Both the position numbers and the translations under genes were made by a program. Below are positions 27,327 through 36,168 of a stretch of DNA of 64,000 bases, one piece after another (position 1 is the stretch's first letter; the number at the start of each line of letters is the position of its first letter). Origin of the DNA: an uncultured Erysipelotrichaceae bacterium (lineage in GTDB: Bacteria > Bacillota_I > Bacilli_A > RFN20 > CAG-826); assembly GCA_902803375.1 (NCBI GenBank), contig CADCPN010000028.1, forward strand, positions 684-64,683, given 5' to 3'. The notes beneath the pieces were generated by a model, which was not told where the DNA came from, did not search any database, and worked only from the letters and a program-made list of their open reading frames with translations.

Positions 27327-27804
27327 AGCAGCGGAATTGCTTGAGACCCTAAAAGCCAGCGGCAAGACCCTTGCCTCCGGCGAATCTTTGACCGCGGGAT
27401 TATTCGGCGCCCGCATCTGCGAAGTCCCCGGCGCCAGCGCCGTCTACCTCGGTGGCGTGATCTCCTATCACCCCTCCGTCAAAGAGAAGCTGCTTAACGT
27501 TAAGGAATCCACGATAAACAGGTATTCCGTCGTCTCCTCTGAGGTGGCTGCGGAAATGGCCATCGGCTGTCAGCGTGCCACCGGGGCGGATATCGCCATC
27601 TCCTGCACCGGCAATGCCGGCCCTAGCGTTGAGCCGGGCGGCAAACCCGTTGGCTGCGTCTTCTTAGGCCTAGCCTATGGCGGAAATGTCTGGACCGTTC
27701 CTCTTCAACTATCGGGAGATAGGAACGAGATCCGTGAGAAAACGGTGCTGGCGATGATTCGCTTCATCGCCTCCTTGTTCCCGAAAACGGAAGTAAGGGG
27801 ATAA
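27316..27804 (+). CDS. cinA: CinA C-terminal domain protein (nicotinamide-nucleotide amidase PncC-like)
   Basis: ASGESLTAGL...ISCTGNAGP is the CinA_C signature. The gene lies upstream of recA. Confidence 0.85.
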   Translation: MLNEAAELLETLKASGKTLASGESLTAGLFGARICEVPGASAVYLGGVISYHPSVKEKLLNVKESTINRYSVVSSEVAAEMAIGCQRATGADIAISCTGNAGPSVEPGGKPVGCVFLGLAYGGNVWTVPLQLSGDRNEIREKTVLAMIRFIASLFPKTEVRG

Positions 27805-27871
27805 TAATTTTTTGAAATTTAGTGGCCGATTTAAAAATTGGACCCCTATAAGAAGATGGAGGTAACTTCAT

Positions 27872-28903
27872 ATGGCAAAAACAGAAACCAATGCCAAAGA
27901 CGTCAAAACAGCGGCCCTCGATGAGGCCCTAAAAACCATCGAAAAGCAATTCGGCAAAGGCGCGGTCATGCGCCTAGGCGAAGCCGCCCACGTCAATGTG
28001 GACGTCATCCCGTCCGGCTCCATCTTTCTTGATGAGGCTCTCGGCGTCGGCGGATATCCAAAGGGCAGAATCGTTGAAATCTTCGGTCCGGAATCCTCTG
28101 GTAAGACCACCCTTGCCCTCGAAGCAATCGCCCAGGCCCAGAAGAAAGGCGGACGCGCCGCCTTCATCGATGCCGAACACGCCATCGACCCGGAATACGC
28201 CGCCAAACTAGGCGTCGATATCGATGAGCTCATCCTTTCTCAGCCGGACTCCGGAGAACAGGCCTTAGAGATCGCTGAGATGCTGGCCGCCTCTGGCGCT
28301 ATCGACATCATCGTCGTCGACTCCGTCGCTGCGCTAGTCCCGCAGGCAGAGCTCGATGGCATGATGAGCGACAATCAGGTTGGCCTGCAGGCTCGACTCA
28401 TGTCCAAGGGCATGAGAAAGATCGCCGGCATCCTCAGCAAGACCGGAACCGTCGTCATCTTCATCAACCAGATCCGTGAGAAGGTTGGCGTTATCTACGG
28501 CAACCCCGAAACCACCACCGGTGGCCGCGCGCTTAAGTTCTACGCCTCTATCCGCATCGATATCCGTAGGGCGGAAGCCATCAAAAACGGCAACGAGATC
28601 ATTGGCAACACCGTTAAGGTTAAGATCGTTAAGAACAAGGTCGCGCCCCCGTTCCGTAACTGCGTCATCGAGATGATCTACGGCGAAGGCATCTCCAAGT
28701 ATGGCGAGATCATGGACCTCGGCGAGAAGTTCGGCCTCCTCACCAAGACCGGCAGCTGGTATGCCCTCGACGGCAACAAAATCGGCAATGGCCGCGATGC
28801 CACCCGTTCCTACTTGCTGGAGCACCCGGAAGTCGCCGACGAACTCGAGAAGAAGATTCGCGAGAAGATGGCCGAGTCGAAGCCCGATTCCAGCGAAGAT
28901 TAA
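27872..28903 (+). CDS. recA: Recombinase RecA
   Basis: [12 protein letters not shown] Walker A and a full-length canonical RecA sequence. Confidence 0.97.
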   Translation: MAKTETNAKDVKTAALDEALKTIEKQFGKGAVMRLGEAAHVNVDVIPSGSIFLDEALGVGGYPKGRIVEIFGPESSGKTTLALEAIAQAQKKGGRAAFIDAEHAIDPEYAAKLGVDIDELILSQPDSGEQALEIAEMLAASGAIDIIVVDSVAALVPQAELDGMMSDNQVGLQARLMSKGMRKIAGILSKTGTVVIFINQIREKVGVIYGNPETTTGGRALKFYASIRIDIRRAEAIKNGNEIIGNTVKVKIVKNKVAPPFRNCVIEMIYGEGISKYGEIMDLGEKFGLLTKTGSWYALDGNKIGNGRDATRSYLLEHPEVADELEKKIREKMAESKPDSSED

Positions 28904-28915
28904 TAAAAAAGAATC

Positions 28916-28950
28916 AATGGTTTGGCAATGCTGAACCATTTTCTTTTTTC
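28916..28950 (+). terminator. Rho-independent terminator after recA
   Basis: aatggtt / aaccatt stem followed by ttcttttttcctttttt. Confidence 0.7.
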
Positions 28951-29053
28951 CTTTTTTCGCCCTTTTCCGATACACGTCCCCGTTGTTTGTCAAAATATAA
29001 AAGAAAGCGCTATCTTTCTTCGGCAACTGCGCCTATCCCTTTCTTTGTTTCCT

Positions 29054-29062
29054 TGCTAGAAT
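29054..29062 (+). promoter_or_regulatory. Candidate extended -10 promoter (TGCTAGAAT) for rny, implying a ~155-nt leader
   Basis: TGnTAGAAT at 29054-29062. I found no convincing -35. Confidence 0.35.
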
Positions 29063-29224
29063 AAGCACGTACCTCAAAGTACTTCCCCGCGTTCTCGTAA
29101 GGGCAAATCCTAATTGCCGCAAGGCTTAAGATATTCCATATAAAAAGTTGTGGTAATCATCTTTTCGATGAATTCGGGAAAGTTCATTTTGGTTTCATTA
29201 CATATACATTAAGGAGAATCTACT

Positions 29225-30799
29225 ATGTATACCCTCATGGACCTAGGTGGGGTGATTGGAATTGCCGCGGCCTCCGCCGCTGTTGCTGCTCTTATCACTT
29301 TCCTCCTCGTTTACTTCATTGGCAAATCCAAAGCCCAGAACGCCAGCAAGTCCGCCGAACAGGTCATCCGCGACGCCAAAGTCAAAGCTGAGCACATCGT
29401 CAAAGACGCTCAGCTTGAGGCCAAGCAGAATGCCTTCGAAGCCCGCCAGCAAGCCGAGAACGACATCCGCTCCCGCAAAGGCGAACTCGCTGCCGAAGAG
29501 CAGAAGCTCACCCTCCGCGAACAGGCCATCGATCAGCGCGACGCCGCTTTGATCAGCAAAGAGAACAACCTCGACCGCAAGTCCGAGCAACTCGATGCTT
29601 CCATCGCTTCCTACAAGAAGAGGCAGGAAGAGCTCGACGCCAAGATTGACGGCATTCTCAAAGAGCTTGAGAAAGTCGCCGGCATGTCCACCCAGGAAGC
29701 CCATGATGAGATCATGGCCAGGGTGGAATCCAAGATGAGCATGGAAATTGCTCAATACATCAAAAACGCAGAAGACGAAGCGAAGGCCACCGCCCAGGAA
29801 AAGGCCGTTGACCTCCTCGCCCTCGCCTGCCAGAAATATGCTCAGGACGTCGCCACCGAGCGCACCGTCTCCGTCGTCGCTCTTCCCAGCGATGAGATGA
29901 AGGGCCGCATCATCGGCCGCGAAGGACGCAACATCAAGGTCCTCGAAGCCGAGCTTGGCGTCGATCTCGTCATCGACGACACCCCGGAAGTCATCACTGT
30001 TTCCTGCTTCGATCCGATCCGCCGCGAAATCGCCCGCCGCGCCCTTGAGTATCTAGTCAAGGACGGCCGCATCCAGCCGGGCCGCATCGAAGAAGTCGTT
30101 GCCAAATGCAAGAAAGAAGTTGAGGAGTCCACTCAGAAGTATGGCGAAGAAGCCTGCTTCAAACTCGGCCTCCCGAAGATCAACAAAGAACTTTGCAACT
30201 ACATTGGCAGACTCCACTACAGAACCTCCTATGGCCAAAACCAGCTCGAGCACTCCATGGAAGTTGCTTACCTCACCGGTATCATGGCTGGCGAACTCGG
30301 ACTCGATGTCAATCTAGCCCGCCGCGCCGGTCTTCTCCACGATCTTGGCAAATCCGTCGACTTCGAGCAGGAAGGCAGCCACGTCGAACTCGGCGCTCAG
30401 CTCGCCAAGAAGTATGGCGAGAACGAAGTCGTCGTCAATGCCATCGAATCCCACCACGGTGATGTCCCGGCCCGTTCCGTCATCGCTTATCTCGTCGCCG
30501 CTTCTGACACCTTGTCTGCCGCTCGTCCGGGCGCAAGAAGCGAGACCCTCGAGACCTACGTCAAACGCATCGAAGCCCTCGAAACCCTTGCTAAGGGATT
30601 CGACGGCGTCCAGCAGGCCTATGCTATGCAGTCTGGCCGTGAGATCCGCGTCATGGTCATCCCTGAGAAGGTCAGCGATGCCGAAGCCATCGTCATGGCT
30701 CAGCAGATGAAAGACAAAATCGAAAAGGAGCTTACTTACCCGGGACAGATCAAGGTTTCCGTCATTCGCGAATATCGCGCCACGGAAACGGCGAAGTAA
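29225..30799 (+). CDS. rny: Ribonuclease Y
   Basis: N-terminal TM helix, coiled coil, KH domain (GRIIGREGRNIK) and HD domain (LLHDLGK, ESHHG). Confidence 0.95.
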   Translation: MYTLMDLGGVIGIAAASAAVAALITFLLVYFIGKSKAQNASKSAEQVIRDAKVKAEHIVKDAQLEAKQNAFEARQQAENDIRSRKGELAAEEQKLTLREQAIDQRDAALISKENNLDRKSEQLDASIASYKKRQEELDAKIDGILKELEKVAGMSTQEAHDEIMARVESKMSMEIAQYIKNAEDEAKATAQEKAVDLLALACQKYAQDVATERTVSVVALPSDEMKGRIIGREGRNIKVLEAELGVDLVIDDTPEVITVSCFDPIRREIARRALEYLVKDGRIQPGRIEEVVAKCKKEVEESTQKYGEEACFKLGLPKINKELCNYIGRLHYRTSYGQNQLEHSMEVAYLTGIMAGELGLDVNLARRAGLLHDLGKSVDFEQEGSHVELGAQLAKKYGENEVVVNAIESHHGDVPARSVIAYLVAASDTLSAARPGARSETLETYVKRIEALETLAKGFDGVQQAYAMQSGREIRVMVIPEKVSDAEAIVMAQQMKDKIEKELTYPGQIKVSVIREYRATETAK

Positions 30800-30802
30800 T
30801 CC

Positions 30803-31606
30803 ATGAGGGTATTGTTCTTCGGAGATATCGTCGGGCATGTCGGATTAACCGCCGTGTCCGGCGTTTTGGCATCTATAAAGGAAAAACTTCACGTCGATTT
30901 TGTTATCGCCAATGGCGAAAACGTGTCGAAAGGGAAGGGCCTTCTCTATAAAGACTATGCCGAATTAGCCCAATTTGCCGATGCCATTACGCTAGGCAAT
31001 CATTACCACAGCAAAGACGCGATTGATGGCTACATCAAATATGCGGATAAGCTCGTTCGCCCCCTTAATCTGCTCCATTACGAGAAGGGCGAAGGCAGCC
31101 GTGTCTTCGAATGCAAAGGCGTGAAGATCCGCGTCACCAATATCCTGGCTGAGGCCTTCATGAATGAAGCCGTCAAAAAGCCAATCGATACGCTCGATAA
31201 ACTGGTCTCTGACTGCGAAGAGGCGATTCATATCGTCGACTTCCATGGCGAGTCCAGCAGCGAAAAGCAGATTTTTGGATTCATGTTCGATGGACTCGTT
31301 AGCGCCGTCATCGGCACCCACACCCACGTGCAGACCGCAGATGCGAGAATCCTAGAAAAGGGCACCGCCTATATGACCGATGTCGGTTATTGCGGCGCCT
31401 ATGATACGGTCATCGGATTCGATAAGGATTCGGTTATCGACAAAATCGTTTATGATGCTGGCAGGATCTATGTCCCCACCGAGGCCCCTACCTGCGTGAA
31501 TTGCCTATTGCTGGACATCGACGAGAAGGACGGATCGGTCACTTATCTACGTCCCTACTATTTCATCAACGGAAAGGAAAGAAACTATGGCGAGAGTTAT
31601 CTTTAA
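30803..31606 (+). CDS. ymdB: YmdB-family metallophosphoesterase (2',3'-cyclic-nucleotide phosphodiesterase)
   Basis: MRVLFFGDIVG...ANGEN...DFHGE...GTHTHVQTAD motifs. The gene follows rny, as in Bacillus. Confidence 0.88.
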   Translation: MRVLFFGDIVGHVGLTAVSGVLASIKEKLHVDFVIANGENVSKGKGLLYKDYAELAQFADAITLGNHYHSKDAIDGYIKYADKLVRPLNLLHYEKGEGSRVFECKGVKIRVTNILAEAFMNEAVKKPIDTLDKLVSDCEEAIHIVDFHGESSSEKQIFGFMFDGLVSAVIGTHTHVQTADARILEKGTAYMTDVGYCGAYDTVIGFDKDSVIDKIVYDAGRIYVPTEAPTCVNCLLLDIDEKDGSVTYLRPYYFINGKERNYGESYL

Positions 31607-33020
31607 ATCGGTTCCCGATATGTCCAAAGCGAGAAATCGTCTTGAGAAGCCAAAGACTATCCGCGACGATGTTTTCGTCCCGGAAAACGTGAAGAAATTC
31701 GCGGAGGGCAGAAGCTATTTCGTCCACACCTACGGCTGCCAAGGCAACGTCCGTGACGAAGAGGTCATGGGCGGCTATTTCGAGAAGGCCGGCTTCACCA
31801 AAGCCGCGTCTGAAGAAGAGGCTGACCTAGTCATCATCAATACCTGCGCCGTCAGAGAGAACGCTGAAGAGAAGATCTACGGCGAAATCGGCAAGTTCAA
31901 GAAGAAGCACCAGGCTGACAAGAACTTCACCCTCGGCGTCTGCGGGTGCATGATGCAGGAAGAGAACGCCGCTAAGAAGATCATGGAGAGCTATCCCTAC
32001 GTGAATCTCATCTTCGGCACCCATAACATCCCGAACATCCTCAATCTCCTTAGTGAGCATTTGGATAAGAAAAAGGACCTCGTCGACGTCGTTTCCTTCG
32101 CGGGCAACATCACCGAGAACCTCCCCTCCACCCGTCTAGATAAGTATAAGGCTTTCGTCAACATCACCTATGGCTGCGATAAGTTCTGCACCTATTGCAT
32201 CGTCCCCTATACCCGCGGCAGAGAAAGATCCCGTGCCAAGGAAGACGTCCTCGCCGAGTGCAAACAGCTCGTGGAAGAGGGTTATCAGGAAATCACCCTT
32301 TTGGGCCAGAACGTCAACTCCTATGGCAAGGACTTCCATGATGGAACCAGCTTTGCCACCATCCTTGAGGAAGTCGCGAAGCTTGGCATCCCACGCCTCC
32401 GCTTCATGACCAGCCACCCCTGGGACTTCTCCGATGAGATGCTAGACGTCATCGCCAAGTATCCCAACATCATGAAATGCATCCACCTTCCCGTCCAAAG
32501 CGGCTCCACCTCCATGCTCCGCCGCATGGGAAGAAGATACACCCGTGAGTCTTATCTCGACCTCGTTAACCGCATCAGGACCAAGATTCCCGGCTGCGCT
32601 TTGACCACCGATATCATCGTCGGCTTCCCCAATGAGACCGATGAGGAATTCGAAGACACCCTCTCCTTATGCGAGGATGTCAAATACGATGCCGCCTTCA
32701 CCTTTATCTATTCCCCGCGCAAAGGCACCCCTGCCGCCGCGATGGAGGATAACGTCTCCGAGCAGAAGAAGCATGAGCGCTTCGACCGCCTGCTCAAAGT
32801 CGTGGAAGCGGGTGTTGTGTTCCACTCTTCCTTGATGGTTGGCAAGACCTATGACGTCTTGGTCGATGGCCCGTCAAAGAAGGACCCGGAAGTCCTTTCC
32901 GGCTACACCGAATCCAATAAGCTCATTAATTTCAGAGGTCCCGCCTCCCTTAAGGGAACCATCGTTAAGGTCAAGGTCACCGAAGACCATGCCTTCTCGA
33001 TGATTGGCGAATTGGCATAA
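31587..33020 (+). CDS. miaB: tRNA-2-methylthio-N6-dimethylallyladenosine synthase MiaB
   Basis: UPF0004 domain cysteines (TYGCQ, NTCAVRE, CGC), radical-SAM CDKFCTYC and a TRAM domain. Confidence 0.92.
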   Translation: MARVIFKSVPDMSKARNRLEKPKTIRDDVFVPENVKKFAEGRSYFVHTYGCQGNVRDEEVMGGYFEKAGFTKAASEEEADLVIINTCAVRENAEEKIYGEIGKFKKKHQADKNFTLGVCGCMMQEENAAKKIMESYPYVNLIFGTHNIPNILNLLSEHLDKKKDLVDVVSFAGNITENLPSTRLDKYKAFVNITYGCDKFCTYCIVPYTRGRERSRAKEDVLAECKQLVEEGYQEITLLGQNVNSYGKDFHDGTSFATILEEVAKLGIPRLRFMTSHPWDFSDEMLDVIAKYPNIMKCIHLPVQSGSTSMLRRMGRRYTRESYLDLVNRIRTKIPGCALTTDIIVGFPNETDEEFEDTLSLCEDVKYDAAFTFIYSPRKGTPAAAMEDNVSEQKKHERFDRLLKVVEAGVVFHSSLMVGKTYDVLVDGPSKKDPEVLSGYTESNKLINFRGPASLKGTIVKVKVTEDHAFSMIGELA

Positions 33021-33024
33021 GAGC

Positions 33025-33351
33025 ATGGATGAAAACGACCCTGTGATCCTCGCCGCCAAGGAAGTGGCGGAAGCTCTTAGCGAGGAACCCGCGGCTAAGT
33101 ATTTCCTCCTCGCTGCCAAAGCGATGGAGGAAGATGAATCCGTCAAAGCCCTTCATGATGGCATCGAGGCCGCCCAAAAGGCCATGATGCAGGCGGCCGA
33201 ACATCAAGATGACGCCGCCTTCATCCAAGCGAAAAAGCGATATAACGCCCTAGCCGAGGAATTCTCCTCCCACCCCGTGGTGAAGAATTTCGTAACCGCC
33301 ATTGAGGAGTTGACCCCGCTTCTAGAGGAAGTAGAGTATAAGCTGCAATGA
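33025..33351 (+). CDS. ymcA: YlbF/YmcA family protein
   Basis: A small helical protein directly after miaB (the ymcB-ymcA order of Bacillus). The start MDENDP at 33025 is preferred. Confidence 0.6.
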   Translation: MDENDPVILAAKEVAEALSEEPAAKYFLLAAKAMEEDESVKALHDGIEAAQKAMMQAAEHQDDAAFIQAKKRYNALAEEFSSHPVVKNFVTAIEELTPLLEEVEYKLQ

Positions 33352-34229
33352 TCATCGTAATCACCGGAGCCACGGGAAGCGGCAAAAGCAAATTAGCCAT
33401 CTCCTTAGCCAAGAAGCTTGGAGCAGGCATCGTGAATGCGGATGCTTTTCAAGTCTACCAGGAGCTAGGCATCGCCACGGCGAAGCCTACGCCGGAAATG
33501 ATGATGGAGGCCCCGCATTTTCTTTTTGACTTCATCCCGCTAAGCGAATCCTATAACGTCAGCGAGTACCAGAAAGACCTCCGCTCCACCATCGCGACCC
33601 TTCAGGAGGCGGGCAAGCCTATCATCATCGCCGGCGGAACTGGCCTATATATCCGCGCCGGGCTTTTCGACTATAACTTCGAAAAGACCCCGCATGTGGA
33701 TATGTCTGAATACGAAGCCCTCGATGATGAGGCGCTTCATGCCAAGCTTATGGAAATCGATCCCAGAAGCGCGAATTCGATTCACCCACATAACCGCCGT
33801 CGCGTCTTGCGCGCCATCGAGATCTTCCTAGCCACCGGCCATACCAAGTCCTCGATGATCGAAGAGCAGGAGCATAAGCCCATCTACGACGACGTCATTT
33901 TCTTTGGCCTAAAAGCCGAAAGGGAACAGCTTTATGAGCGCGTGAACGCCCGCGTCGAGCAGATGTTTAAAGAAGGGCTCGTCGAAGAGGATAGGCGCCT
34001 GGTGGAGAAATATGGCCGCGATGTCGGCGCCTTCCAAGCCATCGGCGTGAAGGAGATGTTCCCTTATTTCGATGGGAAAGAAAGCCTTGAGCACTGCAAG
34101 GAGCTCATCAAGAAGAACACCAGGAACTACGTGAAGCGTCAGGACACGTTCTTCCGCCACCAGTTCTCCATCAAATGGATCAAGGATGAGAATGATATCC
34201 TCAATTACCTTTCTTCCCTTGAAAGATAG
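33348..34229 (+). CDS. miaA: tRNA dimethylallyltransferase MiaA
   Basis: ITGATGSGKS P-loop, followed by GGTGLY. Confidence 0.9.
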   Translation: MIIVITGATGSGKSKLAISLAKKLGAGIVNADAFQVYQELGIATAKPTPEMMMEAPHFLFDFIPLSESYNVSEYQKDLRSTIATLQEAGKPIIIAGGTGLYIRAGLFDYNFEKTPHVDMSEYEALDDEALHAKLMEIDPRSANSIHPHNRRRVLRAIEIFLATGHTKSSMIEEQEHKPIYDDVIFFGLKAEREQLYERVNARVEQMFKEGLVEEDRRLVEKYGRDVGAFQAIGVKEMFPYFDGKESLEHCKELIKKNTRNYVKRQDTFFRHQFSIKWIKDENDILNYLSSLER

Positions 34230-34280
34230 GTTGCCTGAATTAAACTATCTATAAACTCTTTTTCACACGGAGGTATTGTC

Positions 34281-35897
34281 ATGTCTCTTTTGAAAATCAC
34301 CGAAATTGCCAAGGCTGCCGGCATCCCCGAAGAGGATCTGGAGCCCTATGGCAAATACAAGGCCAAGATCGATAATGCCTTGTACGAAAAACTGAAGGAT
34401 AAGCCTAACGGCAAGCTTGTGTTGGTCACCGCCATCACCCCGACGAAAGCCGGCGAAGGCAAGACCACGACCACCATCGCCCTCACCGAGGGGTTCGGCA
34501 AGATCAAGCAGCCGGCTTTGGCCTGCCTTCGCGAGCCATCCCTTGGCCCTGTTTTCGGCATCAAGGGCGGCGCTACCGGCGGCGGAGCTGCCTCCATTGG
34601 TCCGGGAGAAGATATCAATCTCCATTTCACTGGGGACATGCATGCGTTAACTTCCGCCAATAACCTCATCTCTGCGATTATCGATAACTCCATCTATCAA
34701 GGTAACCCTCTCAACATCGATCCCACTAGAGTCGTCTGGAAGAGAGCGATGGATATGAATGACCGCGCCTTGCGCAACATCACCGTTGGCCAAAAAGATG
34801 CCAAAGGCACGCCGCGTGAGGATGGCTTCGTCATCACCGTCGCTTCCGAGATGATGGCGATCCTTTGCCTCGCCACCTCCGAAAGTGATTTCCTCGCCAG
34901 GATTTCCCGCATCATCGTCGCCTATACCTATGAAGGCAAGCCGGTGACCGTGAAAGACCTAAAGATCACCCATGCCATCATGAAGCTCATGAGGGAAGCC
35001 CTTAAGCCGAACCTTGTGCAGACGCTGGAGAATAACCCCGTCCTCGTCCATGGCGGACCTTTTGCTAATATCGCCCATGGCTGCAATTCCATTCTGGCGA
35101 CTCGCCTTGCCCTTAAGCTTGCTCCGATCGTAGTCACCGAAGCGGGATTCGGCAGCGACCTCGGCGCCGAGAAGTTCCTCGATATCAAATGCCGTGTCGC
35201 CGGATTTACTCCGGATGCCGTCGTCATGGTCGCGACCATCCGCGCGCTGAAGATGCATGGTGGCCAGGCTTATGAAGATTTAAGAAACGAAGACGTGGAA
35301 GCGCTAAAGAAGGGGATGCCTAACCTAGAGGCCCATCTTTCCAGCATCCGCAACTTCGGCGTTCCCTTCATCGTTGCCATCAACCATTTCGATTCCGACT
35401 CCCCAAAGGAGATTGCCTTCCTTGAGAAGTGGTGTGAGGAAAGGGGGTATCGCTATTCCTTCCTCGATGGTTTCCTAAAAGGTGGCGAGGGCGCAACCGA
35501 TCTCGCCTATAAGGTCCAGGCTCTCCTTAAGGAAGAAGCCTCCCATTACAAGCCGATCTATGAATTGGATTGGCCGCTAAAGAAGAAGATCGAGACCATC
35601 GCCAAGACCGTTTATGGCGCTGGCGAAGTCGTCTATAGCGAGAAAGCCGAGAAGCAGCTTACGGAATATGAGAAGCTCGGCTTCGGCAATGCCTATATCT
35701 GCATGGCCAAAACCCCTGCCTCTCTTACCGATGACGCCAAGGTTCTCGGTGCCCCGAAAGGATTCACCATCACGATTCGCGAAGCCAACCTCAGCGCTGG
35801 CGCGAATTTCGTCATCCCGCTTACCGGTTCTATTCTCACGATGCCAGGACTTCCGAAGGTCCCGGCCGCCGTGAAGATGGAAGGAGAGCCCTGGTGA
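34281..35897 (+). CDS. fhs: Formate--tetrahydrofolate ligase
   Basis: PTKAGEGKTTTTIAL, EPSLGPVFGIKGGA and GPFANIAHGCNS are signatures of the family. Confidence 0.95.
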   Translation: MSLLKITEIAKAAGIPEEDLEPYGKYKAKIDNALYEKLKDKPNGKLVLVTAITPTKAGEGKTTTTIALTEGFGKIKQPALACLREPSLGPVFGIKGGATGGGAASIGPGEDINLHFTGDMHALTSANNLISAIIDNSIYQGNPLNIDPTRVVWKRAMDMNDRALRNITVGQKDAKGTPREDGFVITVASEMMAILCLATSESDFLARISRIIVAYTYEGKPVTVKDLKITHAIMKLMREALKPNLVQTLENNPVLVHGGPFANIAHGCNSILATRLALKLAPIVVTEAGFGSDLGAEKFLDIKCRVAGFTPDAVVMVATIRALKMHGGQAYEDLRNEDVEALKKGMPNLEAHLSSIRNFGVPFIVAINHFDSDSPKEIAFLEKWCEERGYRYSFLDGFLKGGEGATDLAYKVQALLKEEASHYKPIYELDWPLKKKIETIAKTVYGAGEVVYSEKAEKQLTEYEKLGFGNAYICMAKTPASLTDDAKVLGAPKGFTITIREANLSAGANFVIPLTGSILTMPGLPKVPAAVKMEGEPW

Positions 35898-36121
35898 GCG
35901 TCGTTTTGCCCATAAAACTCTACGACGAGGTGGAGATGAGGAAGCCTCATCCCTGTTCCGCTCGCAGCAAAAGGTTCCAGATACTCCGCGTCGGCGCGGA
36001 TGTGAAGATCCTCTGCCTCGGCTGCGGCAACGTCATGATGCTAGACCGCGACGCCTTCAACAATAAGGTGAAGCGCGTCATCGAACATCACGACGAAATC
36101 ATCTTCGAAGCCAAGAAGTAG
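35894..36121 (+). CDS. DUF951 family small protein (YyzM-like)
   Basis: KPHPCSARSKRFQILRVGADVKILCLGCGNVMMLDR matches the DUF951 pattern. Confidence 0.7.
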   Translation: MSVVLPIKLYDEVEMRKPHPCSARSKRFQILRVGADVKILCLGCGNVMMLDRDAFNNKVKRVIEHHDEIIFEAKK

Positions 36122-36168
36122 ACCAAATCGAAATTGACCCCCTAATAGAAAGTAGGAGGTCTTTTCGT

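Noticed and set aside
27805-27871. Search for a LexA (Cheo box, CGAACNNNNGTTCG) operator upstream of recA.
   Set aside because: No such motif is present in the 67-nt cinA-recA spacer. SOS control cannot be inferred.
34230-34280. Expected ZTP/THF-type riboswitch before fhs and a T-box before argS (43088).
   Set aside because: The intergenic spacers are 51 nt and 1 nt respectively, too short for either element, and no conserved cores were seen.
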